Source of the DNA: Amoebidium appalachense
Taxonomy: Eukaryota > Protista > Ichthyosporea
Assembly (NCBI GenBank): GCA_963693365.1
Contig: CAVNZM010000004.1
Span: 6,919,093 to 6,983,092 of the forward strand
Direction of reading: 5' to 3'
DNA: 64,000 nucleotides
Below, in pieces: positions 39,187 through 60,317 of the stretch (its first letter is position 1; each line of letters begins with the position of its first letter). The notes below the pieces were generated by a model that saw only the letters and a list, made by a program, of their open reading frames with translations, made no database searches and was not told the origin of the DNA. Both the position numbers and the translations under genes were made by a program.

Positions 39187-39579
39187 GAGGAAAAAAGAAA
39201 GGAGAAAAGGGAAGAAGAATAACCAAGCGTCAGGAAAAAGATTGCAGTTCAATTTTTGATTCATATGGCTTGACCCGGATATGCTGGAATGTGGCCAATT
39301 AGTCGGCCTAAAAGATATACCCTTTAATTAAGCGATATGCAGCATCGGCAACATGTAGTACGCATCATAAGCAAAGCGCATCCTCCGGGGGGAGGGGAGG
39401 GGGGGGGATGTTGGGTTCATGTGAGGAGATAATTTGTAAGGGAGAGATAGAGAGATGGGGGCAGAGACTCGGAGAGTCTGGGATGGGGTGGGGGGAAGGG
39501 GGCGGGGGGGGGGGGGGGGGGGGGGGGTGGAGAGAGAGAGAGAGAGCGGGAGAATTTGTGTATTCTGAATGGGGATGGA

Positions 39580-39664
<85 letters not shown>

Positions 39665-39709
39665 CGCACGCATGCGTGTGTGTGTGTTCTTTTCTTTTCT
39701 TTTTTTTTT

Positions 39710-39740
<31 letters not shown>

Positions 39741-41050
39741 GGGGGGGAGGGGGTGTCAATACCGCACTGGTAACCGCCGGCTTGGCAACAGTGGTTGCAG
39801 GGGGAGGGGCTTGTGTGGTGGTGGTTGGAGCACGGGTGGTGGTGGTGGTGGTGGCAGCGGCGGCGGTGGTGGTGGTGGTAGCAGGGTTTGTTTTTGTTGT
39901 TGTTGTTGTTGTTGTGGTGGTGGTGATGGTGGTTGTTTTCGTGGTGGTGGTGGGTTGAACTTCGGCAGGTTTGAAAGCGGGCGCCGTTGGGGTTTGTGTT
40001 GATGACTGCAATGAGTAATGGGTTAGTGGTGTTGGGTGAAAAGGGAGAAGGTGTGTGTGGAAGGAGGCAGGTGAAGGGAGGAAGAAGGGTGGATAAACAG
40101 TATGATATGCGATGGCACATGTGAAATCACAACAGAATTGCAGAATCGGTGAGAGGAAGATGTGTGCTGTGAGGGTGGGGGGAAAATGGGAATGAGGAAA
40201 AGATGGGTGTGGGGATTGTGTATGACTAGCCTTCTGTAGTGCTGTGTGGCAGATGTGAAGGAGGGAGAGGGGGAACGGCCCAAGCGGCACCGGGACGGGG
40301 GAGAAGGGAAGGGGGAAGGGGGAGGAGGAGGGGAAGGGGCAGGGGGGGGGGGGGGGGGGGGGGGGAGGGGCTCAAGACCAGTAGGCAATCTGTGCTGTAT
40401 CCATAATGGTGTGCATGGTAGTGGTAATGGCGGTGGGGGTGGCGGTGGTGGTGGTGTGAACCCGAGCGCACGTGTGTGTATGTGTGTTTTTTTTTGGGTG
40501 GGTGATGGGTTGGGTGGGTGGGTGGGTGGGGGGAGGGGGAGGGGGGAGGGGGGGGGGGGGGGGTGGTTTGCATACCTGACCCATGACCTCTTCGATGGGA
40601 TCTGGCCTGGGGATGGTTGGAGGGGGCCGTACCTGTGATAGCGTCCAATCAGATTTCGTATTCCGAACCAGGTGCTCCTTTAAATGAGTAATACGTACAA
40701 ACCTTAAAGGAATGTGGATCTCATGCTGGGTAATACCATCTGCTACCCCCTCCCCCCGCCCCCCCCACCTCACAAACACTCGCACGCAAACGCGCGCGCA
40801 CACCCACCCACCACCCACCCACCCACACGCACAAGCACACACTACCAACTATAGCCTGGCTTTCCCAATAGATGGTCGCCCACATCACGTAAGAATATTG
40901 GAATAGATTGGTGGGTTTCTTACGATTGCCGTACACAGTGGGAAAAATACCAAACACAAATCGAAGAATAAGGCAATCTACAGATAGCCGTGGATGTAAC
41001 GGTGAAGGTAAGAGGGGGCAGGCAGGGAGAGGGTGTATGTGTGTGTGTGT

Positions 41051-41084
<34 letters not shown>

Positions 41085-43643
41085 GGGGGGGGGGGGAGGG
41101 GGGGGGCGGAGGGGGGAGGGGGTAGAGCGGGTGTTTGTTTTGAAAAACATACCGGTGGTGTTGGAACCCCCCCGGGTGGATGGTCTGGAATTGTGCTGGT
41201 TCTACCATTTTCCAGAATCCGAACAATCGGCTTAGCCGGCACACAAGCCCCCCCCATCATCACCGATCCCGGGTTGCAAATACACCTAAAACCCCCGAAA
41301 ACGTTCACACACTGGCTGTTGGACCCACATGGCCCGGGCACATTTTCGCACTCGTTTTCATCCCTGCAGACGTTCCTTTCAGGGACGAAGACATATCCCA
41401 GACGGCATTTTGGGGACTTGGGATTCCGGATAACTATGCACTGCGTGCCGGAGCCCGAGAAGCCGTACTTGCAGGTGCAGGTATAACTTCCCTGGAAATT
41501 TGGGAAACATTGTCAGGCAAGCTGTCGATGCGGATACAGCACCTGAACTTCCGGGCAGTCTTTTTAGAAAATGCAATTCTTTCTGAAAACCATAACAGAT
41601 AATGGTTGAATGTTTGCACGAAATAATCCCCCCCCCCCCCCCCCCTCCCCCCAGAGGTTCCTCTAAAACGTGGACACCATATAAGTTAGCAAAGATATCA
41701 ATTAGATTCAACCATGCAACACCCAAGAACAGTCCCGCAGGAGTCTCCCCCCCTCCCCCCCCCCCCCACACCCATCCACCCCCAAAACCCTAAAAAACAA
41801 AAAGGAACCGATGAATCTATGGATGCAGGTCTCATAGAACCGCAGAATAACCAAAGCTTACCCCATGTCCAGTGGTGTTTTATCCAACCACATACTAACA
41901 TGTTCAAATATGCCACAAAACCCTCTCCATGACCTCTGGCCAATCACGTACCTCCGTATCAGTGCAGATTGCATTCATGTCGCAATTGTTCAGCGACTGG
42001 TCAGCACACTCATTAATGTCGACACAGGTGCCCCCGACAGACGTGTATCCAGTTTGGCAGGCACCTAACCAATTTTTTTTTTTAAAGGTGGTCAGGGATT
42101 GGTTTGTAGGTGTTGCCGCTTGGTTTTTATGGTGATTGGGGACTGGTCAGCGCGTGTTTTTGTAGCTTTGGGCAATCGACTTGGAGTGAAGGGTCTAGGG
42201 TGTGCGTGTGAACAAGGAGGGAGGTGGTAAGGGAAACGGTAATGAACAAGGAAGATAGATATGGAAAACACATTGCAGGATACAAAAACGAGCCTGAAAG
42301 ATGGGGAGCTCTCATATAATATATCACCCCCCCCCCCCCCCCCCCTCCCGGGGGAAGTCGAAATTCGGACAGCGGAACCACGAGGGGGGGTTGGGGGTGG
42401 GGGAGCTTAGGAGCTTTGGCCATATTCGTATCCTGTATCTCCCCCCCTCCCCCCCCCCCCCCCCCCTCCTCCCCACCCCCTTGCCTTCCCTCCAAAGACA
42501 CCCCTCTTCTTCTGCACCTAAGATGTGTCACATCCCCCCCCCCCCCCCCCCCCCCCCCCCGCCCGCCCCGAAAGCGCGCACGCACACACACACACACACG
42601 CACGCAAACACACACACACACACACACACACGAAAGCAGGCACGTCCATACGCACGCACTGTCATTCTTTCTCTTCTACAATCCATTCCTTTCGAACTTT
42701 TCACTGGACTACATGAAAGTCGTCACACAATACAGACACCCACACCCACAAGCACACAGACACGTGCCTGCACATCCGCACACACATACACATACCCGCG
42801 CCCTCACAACAGACAGCTTAGGCGCTTCCTCTAGAAAGTCTACATCATTTGCGGAAAAATTTATCAGGACCCGACCAATTTCAACACATTACACAAGAAA
42901 CCAGAACGTGAATGAAAGTGTGGGCGCTCGCAAGCATTAGAACAGTTTCTTTGTAAAATGCACAAACACACAGACATCAGAGCATATGTGCCTACAACCT
43001 CTACCCTTTTGTAGTGTGGGACAGCTTCCCCTTGCCTGCTATCGAAAACACTCCGGTCAAAACAAAGAACTACCACACGGGAATGGAGACAGGCAGACAA
43101 AACCAAACGGTCTCATTGAAAAGGGCCCTTTTCAATGCAATAATCTATGCGCGTCACACCCACAGACGTGCTGTATAGCACCATAGCTCACTAAGGAAAA
43201 TCTGTATTGGAACATTCGCGCTCTTTACCAGGAAGTAAGAGGCTCAACACTCTAGCACAGAAATGCATACACCAAACCATACACGTGCAGATGTTGACGC
43301 ATACACATCGGCACATCAACTAAAAACGCAAGGACATGAGAAAAGAGGTGGCAGGGAGCAGAGGATAAAGGATTCTGGTCTCAGGTGAGCTGTGTGGAAT
43401 AGTATACCATTTGTAAGGTGCTTTTTGAGAAATGGAGAACATTTGAAAGCACATCGCGACAAGCAGCAGAGTAGAAGAGGTCACACAACACAACGACACA
43501 AACACACATCCACACACAAACATGCACAGAGACAAGAAAGCGCATGCAACCCCCCCCCCACCAGTCCCACCCATACCTTGGGCCAGCACCTGCGCGGCCA
43601 GCAGCGTCGCAGAGAGAAGGCAAAGAGAACGGGTTGGTCCCAT
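35234..43643 (-). CDS. Secreted tyrosinase (type-3 copper) with N-terminal Ca-binding EGF domains and Thr/Pro-rich linker. Exons 43577-43643, 41952-42064, 41153-41491, 40576-40632, 39763-40005, 38397-38683, 37676-37869, 36772-36962, 36216-36373, 35234-35669
   Basis: Signal peptide MGPTRSLCLLSATLLAAQVLA. cbEGF motifs CVDINECA..C..NAICTDTEGSYTCTC and CRDENECE..CVNVFGGFRCIC. Tyrosinase motifs RVRREWREL, H..H.SNHFLHWHR (CuA), PYWDW, WHAIIH..VGG..EPLFFLHHGMVD (CuB). Confidence 0.9.
37090..37530. repeat. (CT)n/(GA)n compound microsatellite in tyrosinase intron
   Basis: Direct reading of the sequence. Confidence 0.95.
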
Positions 43644-46000
43644 TTTTCTCCCTTGCATTCCAAACCTAATCCAAGTTTTACGTTGTCTATTATAGCATCA
43701 ACTGTACAAGCGTCCTGTGCCTAGTGGTTCATTTCTTTGCTCCAGGGTGCACCGTGTACTTGTGATGCTGCAGGTTTGGTGCTTACAACAGTGCAGAGAT
43801 GTCTCTTGATAAATGACCCTGCACCCAGAATAAATGAACAAACTGGAGGGACCACACCTAGGTATGAAAAAAATATATATTCCTTACACCTTCCTTTTGT
43901 CTCTTCCACCGTCACATATACGAACAACACGGCCGAGTTCACTGTGGCATTGCAGACTGCGAGGGCTCAACTCTGGTACGGATGTCGCTAAACTATGCAG
44001 TTTATACACAATGGAACGTGGATCTTGGAATGGATGTCTTTTAGATCTCAATGACCTTCATAAATTAAAAAAGTTATAATCTCAACGCCGCAGAGTTGCG
44101 GATGTCATCCGGCTATACTGCTACATAAGTACACCAGAAGGAAGCTTTGCTTTAAAGAAAAAAACAAAATTAATTGAATAAAATCTAAATCCATAATAAG
44201 TGTAATGGGATGATTGCACGGAGCTTGGCTGTAGCTACTGGATCGGATGCCGTGACATAATTTACTATATTTTTAGTAAGTACTTTAAAACAACATTTGA
44301 CCAATCAATAGCCACTTATTGAATTTTGCGTTCAAACACCTTACCGCGGCCGAGGGCGCGGCGCATCTCACACAACGTTTGCATGCTGGTCGCATTACAT
44401 CTCGGGAGTCGGGATCCCACAGTATGTACTGTATTCCTTAATTTTCGTTTAACACATTCCCCCCTTTAGCTTCACTATAATATAGAAGATACAGCGAAGA
44501 AAAGCATCGTTGTTCAACATGTGCCTTTTCAGTGTGCACGAGGACTGTCGGACATGTACACAAACCGTTCTCAGTCCGGGCACTGCGGCAGCCTTTCGAG
44601 ATCTGGACGATCTGAGCGAGCCAATCAAAGAAGGGCGGGAAATCGAAAAATTCTATTTGCATTCCATTGCTCGGCGGTGGCTGGGCAGGTCGGGCCCGGG
44701 CCCCGGGGTAGGGCCTTATGAAAATATTTTATAATGACTTTATTTTAGACACCAAACTGCTTTTCGATTGCTTTATGGCCGGTCTGATGATGAGAGGCAG
44801 CACCCGGCCGCCGTCCCCGCAGGCCCCCACTGGGCCGCAAATAAATCACATGTACTGACTCCCGGCCCTGGGGCCATACAGGCATACATACACACGAGAT
44901 CAATACAGATAAGGCCCTCGGCCCCCCCCCCCCCCCCCCAACCAAGCACTACTATCCTCAACCTAGCACTTACAGCCCTGATCCATAAAGCTGAGAACAG
45001 CAGGCAAACGTGGATAAATGAGTATTTACCAAATATATCATTGATATGCTCAGCAAAATAGAAGCCATCGAGATATCACCGATATCTCGGAGAAGAAAAT
45101 ACAAAAGCCCTCACTCTCGGATACGGAGGAGATAACGACTTAAATAATCATACACCCTAGAAAACTCGTTAAACATACCGTGGTTCAACAGATAGTCAAT
45201 ATACGTAATATTTCTTTTATTGATCCGTTGATGAAAGCAACGTGCAGCTACAGACTACATAACCACCAATAGAACTGAAAAAGCCAAAGCTACGAAATAA
45301 AATAAAGGGACAAGTGACAAAGGACACCAGCGGGCAAAACCGGAAGTGTACGTGTATGCGTGAAACTAGTTTGCTCCAACTATTCATATGCATCGATGTT
45401 GACCAGACCACACTCTGCAAGGAGACATCATTACTGCTCCTTCCCAATAGGCCCCCCTCAAAACCTATCGAGGCACAGCAAGCAAGTCAGCCTCTACTAA
45501 AAGAGCAATGCAGACCAAATCTGAGCTAAAAAACAATCCCAACGGGCCCGGCCCCTACTAGTAGATAACCCGGAGAAACTGCATCTAGCTCTCTGATAAG
45601 GTGGCCTAGTTGTGGCAGGACACACAGAAAAACACAATTACAGAATGCATGCAAGCAAACCCGGTCATTGCCATACGACTGGAGGCTAAGGACTGGCAGT
45701 CACTTGCAATTGGAAAGCTCCCCGACGACCAAGTAGCCGCCCCTTCACTCACGCAGCGCAGAAGTAGCTGAAGAAGTTGCAGCAGCCCACCGCCAATAGG
45801 TCGCGTAGGAGCGTAGACAGCGTGTAGAAGTTACCATAGGTTGCAAGGGACCACCAGGCATTGAAGAAACCACTTCTCAAGCGAGAAACTCCGCGAAAGG
45901 GAGATGCCCCCACACTCTCACAGCAGTAGTAGGAATACACCAGGCCACACCACACACACGCTGCAGTCACGTTCCCCTGAGTGGGACTCCCTCCCACCCA

Positions 46001-46198
46001 AAAAGAAGAAACGAAAGCCTTTATATACCTGCCATGGTGAAGAATCGGGAAAAAAGTTTGACGTGACAGCTAAGAGATCGAAGTGAAAGTGAAGTCCGAC
46101 AAAAAGAAGAAACGAAAGCCTTTATATACCTGCCATGGTGAAGAATCGGGAAAAAAAGTTGACGTGACAGCTAAGAGATCGAAGTGAAAGTGAAGTCC
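46001..46198. repeat. ~99-bp tandem duplication
   Basis: AAAAGAAGAAACGAAAGCCTTTATATACCTGCCATGG...GTGAAGTCC twice. Confidence 0.9.
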
Positions 46199-46200
46199 TA

Positions 46201-46722
46201 ATATCAGGATTATCTAAATAAGCCAGTCTTCTAATTTCTAACGGAATAATCCGAGATAAATAAATACATCTATCTAAGTGTTTACGAGAAAAAGGTTCTG
46301 CACAAAAGTGGCACAGACATTTATGGAAACAAAGGTTACAGCGCCAAAATAAACATTTCCAAGCTATATCACAATGAGGGGTTAGAATTGAAAAATCGGT
46401 AAGTGTGGTAGGTTTACGAGAGGAAGGATAATAAATATAAGTAGCTAATTTACACAATGATTGTAAAGAAAATAGACGAGTCTCTAATATAAAAAGAAGC
46501 ACAGACTCAAGAGTCCTACCATGATACTCTTTATCACAACGATGAAGCAAAGAATAATGAGTATGAAACCAAGTAACATACTGCTGATAACTAGTAGAAG
46601 AGAAAGATAAAGGAGATAAGTATTTAAAAGGATATCAGGATTATCTAAATAAGCCAGTCTTCTAATTTCTAACGGAATAATCTGAGATAAATAAATACAT
46701 CTATCTAAGTGTTTACGAGAAA
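46201..46722. repeat. ~90-bp direct repeats (46201-46290, 46632-46722) flanking ~340 bp of AT-rich DNA
   Basis: ATATCAGGATTATCTAAATAAGCCAGTC...GTGTTTACGAGAAA twice, with one mismatch seen. Confidence 0.9.
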
Positions 46723-46980
46723 ATATCCTGTTTTTCGCCCTGAGTATCAACCTGGATATATCACAAAAATATCACACAAAGGCCCCAGATTATCCCGTTT
46801 TTTTTTCGCGAATGCCCTGAGTATCATCCCAACATATCCCGAAAACCTCCCTGAATATCAAAAGATATATCAAAAGTATCCAATTTGTGCCCTGATTATC
46901 AGGCCCAAGTATCCAGTCCAGACAACTTACTGACTAAGCTTATCACCCGAATATCTAAGGCGAATACACGTGTGCGCACG

Positions 46981-47039
<59 letters not shown>

Positions 47040-47075
47040 CGCGTGCGTGCGTGCGTGCGTGCGTGCGTGTGTGTG

Positions 47076-47120
<45 letters not shown>

Positions 47121-47156
47121 GCGTGTGTGATGGTGGTGTGTGTGTGTGTGTGTGAT

Positions 47157-47234
<78 letters not shown>

Positions 47235-47687
47235 GCAATTGAGTGTGGTATACTAAGGGAGAAGGGGGGGGGGGGGGGGAGTGACGGGAGTCACTAAGGC
47301 TTGTACTAGTGTAATGGAATAAAGGGCACTGCTTAAGCCAAAGGTTTGATGCTTGAGCTCTCTGCATGCACGCCTGATGACAACATCAAAATTCTTTTCT
47401 ATTGGGCCGTGGCCCACAAGCACCAGCCTGTTCACGTTCACTCCATAAATTTAACAGCCAGAACGGTTAACTAACACTGCAACCGACATCACAGACACAG
47501 TCCACTACATTAATGATGTAGAAATCCAAAAACAAACGTTTCGAAGTGTGTGTGTGTAACGTTGGTCCACTATCTTAAATTATGATTTAAGAACCCAAAA
47601 ACTTAACTTTCGAAGTGTGTTGTGTGTTGTGTGTTGTGTGTGTGGTGTGTGTGACACTGTGTGTGTGTGTGTGTGTGTGTGTGCCAC

Positions 47688-47732
<45 letters not shown>

Positions 47733-47734
<2 letters not shown>

Positions 47735-47930
47735 CTGCAACCTTGGCCCAATTGGCCGACTGGGAGGCGAACAACGCGTTGAGTTGGGCCCGAACCGCGA
47801 CTTGCTGGGTTACTTCAGGAACAACGACAGTTTCAGGCACAACACTGGTGTCCATCTGCATGTTGGACTCGACAGGGGCACTCTCGCCAGTGCCGATAAT
47901 GGCCGCCATAGAGAAGGCGGCGGCAGACAT
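47733..47930 (-). other. Orphan coding-like segment (possible first exon or captured gene fragment)
   Basis: MSAAAFSMAAIIGTGESAPVESNMQMDTSVVPETVVVPEVTQQVAVRAQLNALFASQSANWAK has non-repetitive composition and runs into (CA)n. GGCGGGA and CCAAT motifs lie upstream. Confidence 0.35.
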
Positions 47931-48729
47931 GACTGCGCGTGGTTAAGAACGCTTGGTTTCACAAAAAGTAAACGTGTCTGAGGTGGGAGAACTGACCGAG
48001 AAAGCCCCAAAACCACTGTTTATACCGATGAAAAGAAGTTGCACATGTGTCAACTGTCAAAACCGCCTGTCTGGGGCGGGAACTTGAGTGATTGGTAGTT
48101 TCCAGGCGTATGTGGCGGGAGCTTGGCCCATTGGTTCGATGTGAAATCCAACTGCCCAAATATGGCTATTGCAACATTCATTACTTCTTTTGGCTTGTTT
48201 ACCTCTTGCTTGATTGGCAACCTTTGGCGGCAAAACTCCCTAGTGGAAACCCCACAACACATATAGATAACTCCTATAATACCCCCTAGGTGGACGTGAT
48301 ACAACCCGTCTCTGAGCGCAGGATATATCACCTCTTCAGAGATCCATTTTGATATATCAATTTTTGCACCCCCCCAGAATATCACCGGATAGATCTCGGG
48401 GGTGCCCTGATTATCACCAGATATATCTGGTATCCAACTTGGGGGTTTACGCTGTTTACTCGAGGCAAAGAGAAACCAGTCTCAGGTATGGGGGGGGTTT
48501 TGCTCGGAATATCCCCTCAGCGGTATATCATGATCACGTACATAGATGTCGGGTGATGACTATATATCAGGGTTTACTTTCTCTACGAGACACCATAAAG
48601 ACTACAAGGAGAAATCAATTAGTTGGGGTTCCCCGTTTCTTTTCTTTTTTTTTTTTTTTCTTTTTTTTTTCTTTTTCTTTTTCTTTTTTTTTTTTAAGGT
48701 GCTCCCCTGAGACACTCGGTATCAGCTGG

Positions 48730-48778
<49 letters not shown>

Positions 48779-48822
48779 TGTGTGTGAGTGAGTGTGTGTT
48801 TGTGTGTGTGTGTGCGCGTGCG

Positions 48823-49430
48823 CTAGAATTTTGTAGTGATGTGTTTCTCAATCCAATCAAGCCAATCAATACATCTAATAAACAGGTCGTAGTTACGCTT
48901 GTTTAGTATAAAATCAAGGATGTTGTAATTTACAGGTAGGCTATCTTTCTGGGTGTCTGTTGTGAATGTGACGTGTGTGTGTTGCGGTATTATGTGGTCT
49001 ATCAAACTACATTTGGCGATACATGACCGGTTAAACTGGTGTGTGTGTGTGTTGTTTGGGCATGCAAATGATGCCACCTTATACTTATTAGATCTCCACT
49101 GTATAGCACGTGTACAGTAAAAGCGTGGTAATTGATCAATAATACCATCAGCTAGAGAAAGACCAGTTCTACAGGAAGGTAATATGTATTCAGGTGTTAT
49201 ACATTTGCGAGTGCCATATTTGGCAATATGGTTGAGGCGGTCAGTATATATAAAACGAGACATAAGGCTTAGTTTTTCAAGGTGTATGCTTTCATCGTGT
49301 CTAGTGTCGTGTGGTATCTTTTTCCATTTGTTATATTGCGTGATTATCTTGTGATTGTGTACATGTTTAATAAGTAAGTGGCAGTCCAAAGTCACACACA
49401 CACTTTTGCGGGGTTTATTTGTATTTGTGC
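48823..49430 (-). mobile_element. 5'-truncated non-LTR retrotransposon (LINE-like) ORF C-terminus followed by (CA)n
   Basis: Intron-less ~200-codon AT-rich ORF with RAIQWR..CP..H.FNRSCI..C....ILDFILN, recalling post-RT C-terminal segments of fungal non-LTR elements. The stop codon directly abuts (CA)n. No RT core is present. Confidence 0.5.
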
Positions 49431-49530
49431 CCAGGGGAGAAGGCGAGAAGGCGTAAACCATATTCACATGCCGGGAAGACAAAAGTGCGAATAAATGTAA
49501 GTCTAATAGAAGGATGGAGGGGTGTGTCTT

Positions 49531-49590
49531 TAAAAATATTAGCCGAAAAGAAAGCTAACCGCTTAGCTTTCTTTTCGGCTAATATTTTTA
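49531..49590. other. Perfect 28-bp inverted repeat with 4-nt loop
   Basis: TAAAAATATTAGCCGAAAAGAAAGCTAA-CCGC-TTAGCTTTCTTTTCGGCTAATATTTTTA. Confidence 0.95.
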
Positions 49591-50640
49591 TCCAACTTGC
49601 CCGTGAATATCACCTAGATACACGGGATCTTTTCATAAGGCCCTAGCCCGGGGCCGGCCTGCCGAGAGTTCTGCCGAACTGTTTTGTGTTCACGCACAGG
49701 CAGACAGTGGCCGTGATCACCCAATATTTATGATCAGTGTCCCTTCTTAGAACGTTGGCTGGTCTTTGTTCTTTATGTAGGACCCCCCATGCATTTTCTA
49801 GCACGTTTATCTAGGAGGCCTTGGCTAGCACTCATATTCCTACTTTTTTTTGTAATATTTCAGGAGTCCATGCGGAAGCGCCGCCACGAATTCGCCGTAA
49901 CACTTGCTTCTCCTTTAACGGCAACCCATGGGAACAGGACATGATGCTTGGCCAGGGCGCCAAACCTTCGCTTTCGGATCACAAGTGACTAATAATACTA
50001 ATTTAGGCCCCAAGAGGCCTGCAAGTATACATTTGGGACCCAGCTAGCAGTACTAATTGTGATGTATGTATGTGTTAGTACGTGATTGGTGCATGGTGCG
50101 TACCACAGACACTCTTCTGCTCTTTTAGGATTTGTAGCAGTCTCGGAAGAGAACGAAACATGTACAATAAGAGCTACAGGAATTGGTAAATTACACACAC
50201 ACACACACGGGCGCGAGCACGCACACAAACACACACACACACACACACACACTCTCTCCTCTGAGACTCTCTCTCTCCCTCTCTCTCGTTCGCTCGCTCG
50301 CGTGATCACACACACCGTGGTACTCTCTCTGTCTCTGGCAATTGCTTTGTTAATCATCAATATTTACACCTGTTCATGTGTGCATACATCTGCACTCTCA
50401 AAATACGCACAATATTTCTACTTCGACCCATGCACCACGTATGACTGGCAGTGCATGTCTGCTCTCCCACAACTATTTGTACGTACATGTCCCAAAGCCA
50501 TACTATTGAATCTTCTACCCGTTCCGAATCGATGTGTCAGTAAAATACGGGCGAAATACTGTCAGATTTCCCAAGGAGAGAGAGGGGTGGATGTGGGAAG
50601 GTGGGGGGAGAGAGGGGTGTCTGTGTGTGTGTGTGTTTGT

Positions 50641-50673
<33 letters not shown>

Positions 50674-50819
50674 AAGACAGGGAGGGAGGGAGAGGGAGGG
50701 AGAGGGCGAGAGAGGAGGGGGGGGGGAGGGGGGGGGTAGGGAGGGGAGAGTATTTCTTGGAAAACCTTGCAATAACACACAAGACTCGTCATTATAATAA
50801 CTATAGTAACTGTTAAAGC

Positions 50820-59524
<8,705 letters not shown>

Positions 59525-60122
59525 CCTGAGCTATGCTAACACTGACCTATAAAAGCTATGCTAACACTGACCTATAAAAGCATTGACACAACCTCTTATC
59601 GTCGCGTGAAAAAAGCAATGTTCAAACAGTGGTTTTTCAGTCAACAGTCCCAGCCCTCAGGCGCTTTTCCGAAGTGCAACGACGGTCTGGGTCAGTCACA
59701 TGTTCCCATGTTCCTTGTGCCGCTTGAACTTCCAAGAAGCAAAATAACCATACAAAGCTATAGAAGAATAGTTTAATTCGCTCCTTATCATGCAGTAGCT
59801 GTTGCCTGCAGTCAGGTTACGTAATCATCGACACAGCCAGTGACCAAAAAAAAGGACAAATGCAAGATAAACGCGACATCTACAAACGTGAAGATACAGC
59901 TTCTCCTCTAGCCATGGGACGGATATCATTACTCCATATGTTAGCTATGACTCTTAGCACAAATTACAGATACTATCTGCATATGTAGTTAACGTCTGTA
60001 TATCTGCATTCGCGGAATGCACACTCTAATACCGGTACCGGCAACAAACACAGTAAAGTAGAATTCGAAGCATTCATGGACTTACATCATCAAGCTCATA
60101 ACTATCTTTCTTAAACCGTGGG

Positions 60123-60165
<43 letters not shown>

Positions 60166-60317
60166 TTTCTTATTAAAGAAAAAGGACAATGCATATATAT
60201 ATATATATGGTAAGGTTTTGACGTCCAACACTTTTTCAATTCATAAAACCACACAAGGTTCTTTGTAAAACAACTTCGCGACTGGCAACCGCACCACGCT
60301 GAGTTGTCGACTGCATC

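Larger units (their letters stand above)
44709..49645. mobile_element. hAT-like TIR element, apparently non-autonomous, carrying cargo
   Basis: Perfect 16-bp TIR TAGGGCCTTATGAAAA (44709-44724) / TTTTCATAAGGCCCTA (49630-49645). Flanking 8-mers CCCCGGGG / GCCCGGGG match 7/8 (TSD-like). Internal CCCTGARTATCA/GATATATC motif clusters at 46720-46960 and 48320-48570. Confidence 0.6.

Noticed and set aside
40375-40462. Extra Thr-rich tyrosinase exon (VHTTTTATPTAITTT)
   Set aside because: No AG acceptor and no convincing donor before the stop; the flanking exons already join in phase.
46201-46722. LTR/TRIM retroelement
   Set aside because: The direct repeats lack TG...CA ends, PBS/PPT and TSD; kept only as a repeat.
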